Assembly: GCA_002269645.1 (NCBI GenBank)
Contig: NIVC01001482.1
Location: 124,001-188,000, forward strand
Reading direction: 5' to 3'
DNA: 64,000 nt
From: Macrostomum lignano
Taxonomy: Eukaryota
Shown here one piece after another: positions 49,197-60,890 of the stretch; the stretch's first letter is position 1; the number at the start of each line of letters is the position of its first letter. Both the position numbers and the translations under genes were made by a program. A model generated the notes under the pieces. It had not been told where the DNA came from. It was given only the letters and a program-made list of their open reading frames with translations, and did no database searches.

Positions 49197-52100
49197 TCAA
49201 ACGCGGAACACCTTGGCAATATCCGGGTGCACAGATTGTTCAGCAAACACCAGCACCTCGAAGCCACTGCTGCACTGGTATCCGGTCAGCTGTTTGCTAA
49301 CAAACTGAGCAGTGCCTCTGTGCGGTGCGAACTCCCCAGCTAGCGGATGGCCGTTCAAGATGGTCCTGGCGGTGTACAGCGGCCTGTCGGACTCGCAGCC
49401 GCTGATCAGCGCGTTTGGCGGAGCCTCGGAGCAGCCGCGCCACGGCTGCCAGCGCACCGGCTGGCCAAGGAAACTGCCGATTGAAGTGCGGCGCAGAATC
49501 TGCTGGGGGGCAACAAAGTACAATGGCTACTTTGGAATTCATATTGCCTTCGAGGGTGTCGGCCCCTGGAATTTCTACAGGTTTCTCTCTACAGGTGTCT
49601 ATACAGGTGTATCTACAGGTGTCTATACAGGTGTATCTACAGGTGTCTATACAGGTGTATCTACAGGTGTCTATACAGGTGTCTCTACAGGTGTCTTAAC
49701 GGGTATCTCTACAGGTGTCTATACAGGTGTATCTACAGGTGTCTCTACAGGTGTCTCTACAGATGTCTCTACAGGTGACTCTACAGGTGTCTCTACAGGT
49801 GACTCTACAGGTGACTCTACAGGTGTCTCTACAGGTGTCTATGCAGGTGTCTCTACAGGTGTCTTAACGGGTATCTCTACAGATGTCTCTACATGTGTCT
49901 TAACGGGTATCTCTACAGGTGTCTATACAGGTGTATCTACAGGTGTCTATACAGGTGTATCTACAGGTGTCTATACAGGTGTCTATACAGGTGTCTATAC
50001 AGGTGTCTCTACAGGTGTCTATACAGGTGTATCTACAGGTGTCTCTAGAGGTGTCTCTACAGATGTCTCTACAGGTGACTCTACAGGTGACTCTACAGGT
50101 GACTCTACAGGTGACTCTACAGGTGTCTATGCAGGTGTCTCTACAGGTGTCTTAACGGGTATCTCTACAGATGTCTCTACATGTGTCTTAACGGGTATCT
50201 CTACAGGCGTCTATACAGGTGTATCTACAGGTGTCTATACAGGTGTATCTACAGGTGTCTATACAGGTGTCTATACAGGTGTCTATACAGGTGTCTCTAC
50301 AGGTGTCTTAACGGGTATCTCTACAGATGTCTATACATGTGTCTTAACGGGTATCTCTACAGGTGTCTATACAGGTGTATCTACAGGTGTCTATACAGGT
50401 GTCTTAAGGGGTATCTCTACAGATGTCTATACAGGTGTATCTAAAGGTGTCTCTACAGGTGTCTCTACAGGTGACTCTACAGGTGACTCTACAGGTGACT
50501 CTACAGGTGTCTATGCAGGTGTCTCTACAGGTGTCTTAACGGGTATCTCTACAGATGTCTCTACATGTGTCTTAACGGGTATCTCTACAGGCGTCTATAC
50601 AGGTGTATCTACAGGTGTCTATACAGGTGTATCTACAGGTGTCTATACAGGTGTCTATACAGGTGTCTATACAGGTGTCTCTACAGGTGTCTTAACGGGT
50701 ATCTCTACAGATGTCTATACATGTGTCTTAACGGGTATCTCTACAGGTGTCTATACAGGTGTATCTACAGGTGTCTATACAGGTGTCTTAAGGGGTATCT
50801 CTACAGATGTCTATACAGGTGTATCTAAAGGTGTCTCTACAGGTGTCTCTACAGGTGACTCTACAGGTGTTTATACAGGTGTCTATACAGGTGTCTATAC
50901 AAGTGTCTTAAGGGGTACCTCTACATGTACAGATGTCTCTACAGGTATCTCTACAGGTGTCTTTCCATGTGCACAGATGTCTTACGAAGTTTCTCGCCCC
51001 TGTGTGTCCCCAGTTATCTTCCCAAGTGCCTCATCCAGGTGCTAAAGGCGTCTGTGTCACCCATGAATAGTTGTTTGTCTCGAACTTAGACTTAAAAGTA
51101 AGAAAAGTACATTAAAATCAGCGCATAACAACTCGCCTCGTAACTGTCTTTTAGTATTCTGCCTTCTGTTCCCATTAGCAGCATTGGAGGCACACTAAAA
51201 CGCTTTAAATCCTTGCGATCCACGAGCTCCCTCAGCAGGTCGCCTCTGTCGTGGAACACTGTGCCGATGCGCCAGTCGTTGCCCACTTGGGTCCGGCCGA
51301 CATAAACTCCTCTGAGTTAGTTGAGTAAAGCAGGGTTTAGCATCGGAGTTAGGGCTAAGGCTAGGGTTATGGTTAGGGCTAAGGCTAGGGCTATGGTTAG
51401 GGCTAAGGCTAGGGTTATGGTTAGGGCTAAGGCTAGGGTTATGGTTAGGGCTAAGGCTAGGGTTATGGTTAGGGCTAAGGCTAGGGTTATGGTTAGGGCT
51501 AAGGCTAGGGTTATGGTTAGGGCTAAGGCTAGGGTTATGGTTAGGGCTAAGGCTAGGGTTATGGTTAGGGCTAAGGTTAGGGTTATGGTTAGGGCTAAGG
51601 CTAGGGTTATGGTTAGGGCTAAGGTTAGGGTTATGGTTAGGGCTAAGGCTAGGGTTATGGTTAGGGCTAAGGCTAGGGTTATGGTTAGGGCTAAGGCTAG
51701 GGTTATGGTTAGGGCTAAGGTTAGGGTTATGGTTAGGGCTAAGGTTAGGGTTATGGTTAGGGCTAAGGCTAGGGTTATGGTTAGGGCTAAGGTGGGCCAG
51801 TACTAGGGCTAGGGCTAGGGCTATGGTTTGGGTTAGGGTTAGGCCTTGGGCTGGGGTTATGATTAGGGCTATGACCAGGGTTAGGATTAGGCCTAGGGCT
51901 AGGGCTATGGTTAGGGCTAGGGCTAGGGCTAGGGCTAGGGTTAGGGTTAGGGCTAGGGTTAGGGTTAGAACTAGGGCTGAGGTAGGGCCAGGGCTGGATT
52001 CAAAATATTGTTTTTTTCTGGAGCCTCAGAGAACATATTTCGTGCCTCAGAGAACATATTCTTACAGTTTTCTTAAAGTTTTATAATAAAGTTAGTTTGA

Positions 52101-52784
52101 AAAGAAATTTAAAAAATTGTAGTCGTAACAGATACAAACGGGCCAGTTCTCACCTGACAAAGTGCTCAAATTTCCACCTGGTGTCGAAAGTGGCAAACTC
52201 CGCGGACTCCAACTTGGTCTGGTGCTGCATTGTCACGGGCCAGTCGCTGCCATCAAACAGCGGCATGAAGGCCTCACAGCGGAATGCAGCTATCAGCTCT
52301 TGGGCGTCGAAATCGTTTTTTAGCCAGCTGATGGACAGCTCGACGCCACGGCCAGCCGGCTCGAAAACGGCGCTCATTTCTTTGCCAAACTTCGTCTTTT
52401 GATTGTCTCTGAAGAACTTATTGAGAAACTATACCTAAATTCAATTCAAGAACATATTGCGTCTAGATTTCACAGGCCACATCGCGGGCCGAAATGAGGA
52501 TATGTGAGGCTAGTCTATGGCCAAACTTTTGCCAGAACGATTGAGTATAAAATATGTACTCGTAATTAACGTATACTTAAAAGTTGTATCAAATAACCAT
52601 TAAATGTAACTGTCACATATATTGCTAGCAAAATTCATTGTCCGTTACAGGTTCACATCTTGCTTCCATTCACCGCTTGCCTCTTTTACAAGAAGAAGCT
52701 AATTATAGCTCCATCCTTCTCCAGAGTAGCTATTGGGTTGCAGGACGGGCCAGGCTCATTGTACTCCGTCTGGCGGTGCTCCAT
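49197..52784 (-). CDS. DM9-repeat (DUF3421-like) protein
   Basis: Exons 52408-52154, 51311-51137 and 49499-49197 join in phase; 52784-52690 is a tentative upstream exon. VYVGRTQVGNDWRIGTV...SYE|IL and WQPW..PPNALISG..PLYTAR..LAGEF..GFEVLV match DM9 repeat patterns. The model needs a GC donor at 51136. Confidence 0.7.
49575..50960. repeat. 12-bp minisatellite with 384-bp higher-order duplication
   Basis: Unit CTACAGGTGTCT and variants. Blocks starting at 50181 and 50565 are near-identical. Confidence 0.97.
51330..51990. repeat. Telomere-like hexamer-derived 24-bp repeat in DM9 intron
   Basis: (TTAGGG CTAAGG CTAGGG TTATGG)n, decaying to mixed CTAGGG/TTAGGG. Confidence 0.95.
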
Positions 52785-53997
52785 TGCACCTTCGACATCT
52801 TCGACTCTGAGTGCAATGCTTCTGTGAGACTGCGAGAAACCTGGATCTTTCTCTTCTCAGAGATGCGCTTGGTGTATCAATTGACGGATTCATCGTGGCG
52901 ATGACCTACAAAAAATCGGTTTCTTTAGAGTGATGCTATAACCTATAACTTAGCACACTACAAAAACAACTGAACACTGACCTGTCACTGAAGTTAAATT
53001 CAGAATGAAAAGAATTCTGATATCCACTACTTAACTGTAGTCAGACTCTGGTTGATTTTATCTATGGTTAAAATGTCTGTCGGGCAGAAACAACGATTCG
53101 GCCCGGGATTATAGTCTATGGTAAAGATGGTATATCGAAAACTGCATACTTTGCTTAGACCTGCATCTATAGGAGCGGGCCGAAATGAAGTGATGCGACC
53201 CGCGAAGTATGACACAATAGAAATATGTCTATGCTTCCTAGGGCCGAAACGGCACAAATACGAGGGCTGCTCAACCAATAACCTTCGCCAATTGTCTATG
53301 GCCAAAACTGACTATGGAAAGTGCATGCATTGAATTGAAGACATCGAGCAGTTGAATTTAGAATTTTAACCAAGGTCAAGGACTATTTGAAGTATTTAGT
53401 TGTACCCACATATACTAGAATAACTAGATGGGCCACTCAGCACATTTGCGTGTAAGCTACTTTTAGTTCAGTAGTAAGTAGTAAGAATTTTAATGTATTA
53501 TTTAAGCCTAGGCCCATTTATAGGTTCTTACCCCCAGCTTAAACCCTCCTCCAACCGCGCCTTTCCACACTACCCCCGCCCCGCCCAAATTTTTATTGCC
53601 TTTCTCGGAATTCCAGCCTAAAGCTGCCCATGTACATTTCTGTGGGCTGGCTAATGTACATTACTGCTGAGCAACTGCAACTAAATTGTCAGATGTTTTC
53701 ACAGGCCAAGCAGCGAAGCAGGAAGCGCGCAGTGAGTGAGCAAACCAGTATGCACTCTTTGGCAACCGAGATGACATCCACGCTTAACTTCGCAATTCTC
53801 TGCAGTTACCATGGAAGGCCAATCCTGTGGATTGAGTTCATCTGGTGGACTCTGCAGCTTCATTTGCACGGCGGGCATGACTTGTCTGAATTTGATTGCT
53901 TTATGTCTAATTCAGTGCTCTGTCTGTGCCTTGGCCACAGACCATAGACGGTGTTTTTACCATAGACTAATGTAGAAGCATTGACTGAATGTGATTT

Positions 53998-55000
53998 TAC
54001 CATGGACTTCTCTGGATGCTAAGCTAGCATGGATCTCTATATGCTAAGCTAGCATGGATCTCTATATGCTAAGCTACCATGGACTTCTCTGGATGCTAAG
54101 CTAGCATGGATCTCTATATGCTAAGCTACCATGAACTTCTCTGGATGCTAAGCTAGCATGGATCTCTATATGCTAAGCTACCATGAACTTCTCTGGATGC
54201 TAAGCTAGCATGGATCTCTATATGCTAAGCTACCATGGACTTCTCTGGATGCTAAGCTAGCATGGATCTCTATATGCTAAGCTACCATGGACTTCTCTGG
54301 ATGCTAAGCTACCATGGACTTCTCTAGCTGGATGCTAAGCTACCATGGAATTCTCTAGCTGGATGCTAAGCTAGCATGGAATTCTCTAGCTGGATGCTAA
54401 GCTAGCATGGAATTCTCTAGCTGGATGCTAAGCTAGCATGGAATTCTCTAGCTGGATGCTAAGCTAGCATGGAATTCTCTAGCTGGATGCTAAGCTAGCA
54501 TGGAATTCTCTAGCTGGATGCTAAGCTAGCATGGAATTCTCTAGCTGGATGCTAAGCTACCATGGACTTCTATAGCTGGATGCTAAGCTACCATGGACTT
54601 CTCTAGCTGGATGCTAAGCTACCATGGACTTCTCTAGCTGGATGCTAAGCTACCATGGACTTCTCTAGCTGGATGCTAAGCTAGCATGGACTTCTCTAGC
54701 TGGATGCTAAGCTACCATGGACTTCTCTAGCTGGATGCTAAGCTACCATGGACTTCTCTAGCTGGATGCTAAGCTACCATGGACTTCTCTAGCTGGATGC
54801 TAAGCTACCATGGACTTCTCTAGCTGGATGCTAAGCTACCATGGACTTCTCCGGATGCTAAGCGTAAGCGACTATGGACTTCTCTAGATGCTAAGCGACC
54901 ATAAACTTCTCTGGATGCTAATACCATGGACTTCCCTAGATGCTAAGCGACCATGGACTTCTCTGGATGCTAATACCATGGTTATCTCTAGATGCTAAGC
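53998..55000. repeat. 25-31 bp minisatellite
   Basis: CATGGACTTCTCT(AGCT)GGATGCTAAGCTAC and variants. Confidence 0.95.
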
Positions 55001-55604
55001 TACGAGTACCTCTCGATGTCTTTAATATAACTTCATCACTCTATGGGCAGTCTAAAATTGTATTTTACTACTCAATAGTAGTCTAACTATGTTTTAGGGT
55101 CAACAAAGATTAATTTGTTTTTTAAAAAGTAAAAGACATTTTTTGAGGTTTTCAATGTTCCTGGAAGCGAACAATTTTTTTTTCATTTCCAGCCCATACA
55201 GGATAAAACAGCACTTAATTTTTAGTCTCAGCACAATGTCAAATATCTGAGTTTCAGTAAATTAACCCTAGCAAACTCGTTGATAAGACGAATCAAAGCG
55301 TGAGAACCTGAGATCGCTGATCCCTCCTAATCAGCACAGAAGCGTAGAAGGTACGAGTATAAGATTACCCTCTCTCTCTTGCCTCAGAAACAATGGCAAA
55401 TAATTGCTGCAATTAAATGCCCGTGTCTTGTCCTTATCTGCCATTGCACCGGCACTTAACTAAACCAATGCAGAGGCCTGAAGAACATTATTGATAAGAT
55501 CAAAGAATTAGTAAAGAAGCGAGCGACTGCACCTGTGACTTTGTGGAAGCAAAATGCTGACAAAATAATTGATAGATTTTTCAAGTCACCTATATGTAGT
55601 ACAG

Positions 55605-56146
55605 GCTGAGACAGACGGACAGATAGACAGACACACAGACAGACAGATACTAAGACAGACAGACAGAGAGACAGACAGACAGACAGACACACAGACAGAC
55701 ACACAGACAGACAGACAGACAGACAGGCAGACAGACAGACAGACAGGCAGACAGACAGGCAGACAGACAAAACGACAGACAGACACACAGACAGACACTA
55801 AGACAGACAGACAGACAGACAGACAGGCAGACAGACAGACAAAACGACAGACAGACAATAAGACAGACAGATAGACAGACACACAGACACACAGACACAC
55901 AGACAGACAGACAGACAGACAGAGAGACAGACAGACAGACACACAGACAGACACACAGACAGACAGACAGACACTAAGACAGACACTAAGACAGACAGGC
56001 AGACAGACAGACAGACACTAAGACAGACACTAAGACAGACAGGCAGACAGACAGACAGATAGACAGGCAGACAGACAGACAAAACGACAGACAGACAATA
56101 AGACAGACAGATAGACAGACACACAGACACACAGACACACAGACAC

Positions 56147-56179
<33 letters not shown>

Positions 56180-56268
56180 ACGACAGACAGACACACAGAC
56201 AGACACTAAGACAGACAGACAGACAGACAGACACTAAGACAGACAGACAGACAGACAGACAGACAGGC

Positions 56269-56301
<33 letters not shown>

Positions 56302-56304
56302 CTA

Positions 56305-56337
<33 letters not shown>

Positions 56338-56524
56338 CTAAGACAGACACTAAGACAGACAGGCAGACAGACAGACAGACACTAAGACAGACACTAAGAC
56401 AGACAGGCAGACAGACAGACAGATAGACAGACAGGCAGACAGACAGACAAAACGACAGACAGACACTAAGACAGACAGACAGACAGACACTAAGACAGAC
56501 ACTAAGACAGACAGGCAGACAGGC

Positions 56525-56557
<33 letters not shown>

Positions 56558-56598
56558 CTAAGACAGACAGACAGACAGGCAGACAGACAGACAGACAC
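55605..56598. repeat. Degenerate (GACA)n microsatellite, ~1 kb
   Basis: Seen directly. Confidence 0.97.
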
Positions 56599-57194
56599 AG
56601 GTTCAGAAGCAAACAGAGCCAGTTCAGTCTATCAGCTGCAGCACCGATGAGTCAGAGGCATGCCATGCAGCTCAGACAAAATCCTTTATACCAAAGATAT
56701 TCAAACTAGAAATCAGTCCCCCGAAAAACGCCAGAGCCCCATTTCAACCAACAAGTTGAGGAGAGGAGAAATTCCACCCAACTCTGAGGGTGGGGGCAAA
56801 TAAAGTGTTAATAGCATTTGGGGTCTTAGCAATGGAGAACACGGAACGGAGGGGGGATGAGGAGCACCCCCCCCCCCTATAGCACAGATAACAGCCATGC
56901 GGACTCAATCAATTAGTCATGCCATTCGAGGTAAGGAATGGAATATTACATTATACAGCAGAGGTTTGGGGAACTCTTTGAAGCACTTACTCAGCTTTGC
57001 GCTCAACGCGGTTTAGCAAACAAAGACTGAGACCAAGGGTAGGCCAAGGAGTCCCGGAACCAGAGCCTTGGATCGGAATTGTAGCTCTGCCATCCTTTAC
57101 TGAAAATTAACTCAGGAAGCGCATGTGCCCCTCATACATAATGCTCAACTGCTGTACCGGGGCGCCCCCAAAAATAATAAAAATCGCGATTTCT

Positions 57195-58190
57195 GCTTTG
57201 GCGCTTTATTGGCGCTAAAATCTCACCCGTGGCGCTTTATTTAGCGCTAAAATCTCACCTTTGGCGCTTTCTTGGCGCTAAAATCTCACCTGTGGCGCTT
57301 TCTTGGCGCTAAAATCTCACCTGTGGCGCTTTCTTGGCGCTAAAATCCCACCTGTGGCGCTTTATTGGCGCTAAAATCTTACCTGTGGCGTTTTATTGGC
57401 GCTAAAATCTCACCTGTGACGCTTTATTAGCGCTAAAATCTCACCTGTGGCGCTTTATTGGCGCTAAAATCTCACCTGTGGCGCTTTATTTAGCGCTAAA
57501 ATCTCACCTGTGGCGCTTTCTTGGCGCTAAAATCTCACCTGTGGCGCTTTATTGGCGCTAAAATCTAACTTGTGGCGCTTTATTGGCGCTAAAATCTCAC
57601 CTGTGGCGCTTTATTGGCGCTAAAATCTAACTTGTGGCGCTTTATTGGCGCTAAAATCTCACCTGTGGCGCTTTCTTGGCGCTAAAATCTCACCTGTGGC
57701 GCTTTATTTAGCGCTAAAATCTCACCTGTGGCGCTTTCTTGGCGCTAAAATCTCACCTGTGGCGCTTTATTGGCGCTAAAATCTAACTTGTGGCGCTTTA
57801 TTGGCGCTAAAATCTCACCTGTGGCGCTTTATTTAGCGCTAAAATCTCACCTTTGGCGCTTTATTGGCGCTAAAATCTCACCTGTGGCGCTTTATTGGCG
57901 CTAAAATCTCACCTGTGACGCTTTATTGGCGCTAAAATCTCACCTGTGGCGCTAAAATCTCACCCGTGGCGCTTATATCTCACCTGTGGCGCTAAAATCT
58001 CACCTGTGGCGCTAAAATCTCACCCGTGGCGCTAATATCTCACCTGTGGCGCTAAAATCTCACCTGTGGCGCTAAAATCTCACCTGTGGCGCTAAAATCT
58101 CACCCGTGGCGCTAATATCTCACCTGTGGCGCTAATATCTCAACCTGTGGCGCTAAAATCTCACCTGTGACACTCAATTGGCGCTAAAAT
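57195..58190. repeat. 31-bp minisatellite (20-bp subunit at the right end)
   Basis: Unit GGCGCTAAAATCTCACCTGTGGCGCTTTATT. Confidence 0.96.
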
Positions 58191-58485
58191 GTTTATGCAT
58201 TTCGATCTCAGTTACTGGGGGGAATTTTGCCCACTGGGAGATTCTTGTTCCACTGCCTGCGTCTGCTACAGTTTCCGTTTTATAATAACTTTCAGTATCG
58301 AAAGAAACGAATTCTTTTTTCAAGGATCATTTCGAATGAATGCCTCCTTTTCTAATGTCTCTTTGGCCGGGGGTTCGTAATTTTAGACCCCACTTCTCTA
58401 CATTGTTGAAAAAAACGTTGACAAAGCCTCGGAACTTCAGTCCTGTTTAGGGGTTGTCAGCTTTAGTCACGTGGTCGGAAAATAC

Positions 58486-59174
58486 TGTTACACACATTTG
58501 ACTAACCTGGCCTATGAGTAATGAGGACAGGGCATAAAATAAGGCAAACTTACTAATGCTTGCTTGCATAGGCCTCACCCCCGGGGTCTGGGGGTGGCTG
58601 TGCCACTGAGTCACTCGCGTACAAGGACAGACAGTAACGCTGGTGATTAGGTGGAGGAAACGGCTGGGTAAACCCTGGACCCGGGAGTCACAGGGGCCAA
58701 AACGGACAAAGAAGATTGGCTGACAAAGGCCTTGGATATTTTGCACACACAGAGAGGCAGCTCCCTACAAGCTCTATATAAACGAGAGCAGGAGTGGCAT
58801 AAGAGTAAGACCCAGATTCTGAGGCTCGATCTTCATCATCCTTGCTGATTCTTCCTGCTCAACTTTGCTCTGGTGAGTGAGTTTACCAATATTTTTATTC
58901 AAAAAAAAAACAATTAACGCTAAAATTATCAAATACGATAATTTTCTATTTGTTCTTCATCAAGTTAATGATCAATCTCCTAATCTAGGGTGGAGGCACC
59001 TGAGATGATCTGCATGGACTCAACCGAGCCTTGAGAAGAGGTGAAGTCCGATCCGATTCGATCCAGTGAAGAGCCATGATTCGATGCCTATGATATTGTT
59101 GTACATATTTTTTGTTATTAACTAAGACTTATTTTATTGCAATCAGTCTGTCAGTTGGATTAGCACAGGTAACA
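58486..59174 (+). mobile_element. Candidate solo LTR
   Basis: Bounded by TGTTAC...GTAACA, with reverse CCAAT at ~58715, TATATAAA at 58775 and a donor-like CTG|GTGAGT near 58873. Flanks AATAC/CGCGG do not form a TSD. Confidence 0.45.
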
Positions 59175-59854
59175 CGCGGCCATGTTGAAATAGGCGCTGG
59201 TATCTGTACAAACTGCCAATCATTCTTCATATTTCTTATTTAATTAATATCCCCAATCAAATACGCTATTTGTACACATCTACCAGGTCGTTTTCTGTGA
59301 TTCTCAGGTACAACTGTTCCACTAACCAACTTGACTGACTGTTGCTACGAGTACTAAATATAGTGTACTTTTTACTGTTACTAATATTTAAATACGCAAA
59401 AATCCAAATATTGATTTGAAAATCTTTTGATTTTGTTATTAATTATATAAAAAAATACAAGTTCAAACAATTCTTGTCCACAAATTTTGACGGACAATTC
59501 AACCTTTCAATTGAATGGTCTTTTTAGTCAATTGTTTTGAGATATTTTATTGATACACGCGAAACAGGCTACTTACATTGGTTAGTCAGTAGAATAGTTG
59601 GAAAATGCGACGTAAATATTATTAACAATGTATTCACGCAGAAAATAATTAAATTGAATAAGTGAAATTATATACATTCGAATTTTGAACTGCAAGAGAA
59701 GGATAGCGAACTTTGGTCATTTTAGTTTTTGTAAAACTAAGGGAAATGCCGCAAAATAATTACCTTCATGCACCAAAGTGTTGGACGGAGTGCGGTATGG
59801 CACATGTGCGTGTAAATTGCATCAATGTATAGCATCCAGCCACCACAGACCGTT

Positions 59855-60752
59855 AAAGTGGCATGGGATGGCGGCCCACCAAAGGACCATAGAGAGTGGC
59901 ATGGGATAGCGGCCCACCAAAGGACCATAGAGAGTGGCATGGGATAGCGGCCCACCAAAGGACCATAAAGAGAGTGGCATGGGATATCGGCCCACCAAAT
60001 GATCATAGGGAGTGGCATGGGATAGCGGCCCACCAAAGGACCATAGAGAGTGGCATGGGATAGCGGCCCACCAAAGGACCATAGAGAGTAGCATGGGATA
60101 GCGGCCCACCAAAGGACCATAGAGAGTGGCATGGGATAGCGGCCCACCAAAGGACCATAAAGAGAGTGGCATGGGATAGCGGCCCACCAAGGACCATAAA
60201 GAGAGTGGCATGGGATAGCGGCCCACCAAGGACCATAAAGAGAGTGGCATGGGATAGCGGCGCACCAAAGGACCATAAAGAGAGTGGCATGGGATAGCGG
60301 CCCACCAAAGGACCATAAAGAGAGTATGGCATATGATAGCGGCCCACCAAAGGACCATAGAGAGTATGGCATATGATAGCGGCCCACCAAAGGACCATAG
60401 AGAGTATGGCATATGACAGCGGCCCACCAAAGGACCATAGAGAGAGAGATAGTGGCATGGGATAGCGGCCCACCAAAGGACCATAGAGAGAGAGATAGTG
60501 GCATGGGATAGCGGCCCACCAAAGGACCATAGAGAGAGAGATAGTGGCATGGGATAGCGGCCCACCAAAGGACCATAGAGAGAGAGATAGTGGCATGGGA
60601 TAGCGGCCCACCAAAGGACCATAGAGAGAGAGATAGTGGCATGGGATAGCGGCCCACCAAAGGACCATAGAGAGAGAGATAGTGGCATGGGATAGCGGCC
60701 CACCAAAGGACCATAGAGAGAGAGATAGTGGCATGGGATAGCGGCCCACCAA
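59855..60752. repeat. 38-45 bp minisatellite
   Basis: GTGGCATGGGATAGCGGCCCACCAAAGGACCATAGAGA(GAGAGATA). Confidence 0.96.
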
Positions 60753-60890
60753 AGCACCAGGTACCCAGTAATGGACAAAGACATGCTTAAATTACTCTAA
60801 TCTAAAAATAATTGGTATGGCCCGCAGTATCCTACAAGTCCTACTGCAAGTAGAGCATTAAAAGCATTGTAGTACTACAGAAATTTAAAT

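Noticed and set aside
50985-51042. Small extra DM9 exon (TTTAG...GTAAGA on the minus strand)
   Set aside because: It ends in phase 2 with no compatible acceptor, and it would break the YE|IL motif.
49312-51045. 577-aa ORF with TGVS/TGVY repeats resembling an ice-binding or mucin-like protein
   Set aside because: The N-terminus is the antisense of a DM9 exon and the rest is a 12-bp intronic array; a 3n unit without a stop explains the ORF. Only plus-strand expression data would revive it.
52455-53330. DNA-transposon remnant with GGGCCGAAA and CTATGG motifs, plus a TACGAGGG mariner-like end
   Set aside because: The motifs recur, but there are no paired TIRs or transposase sequence.
59737-60784. 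Overlapping 250-325 aa minus-strand ORFs
   Set aside because: All three frames are open because the 38-45 bp unit lacks stops; not evidence of coding.
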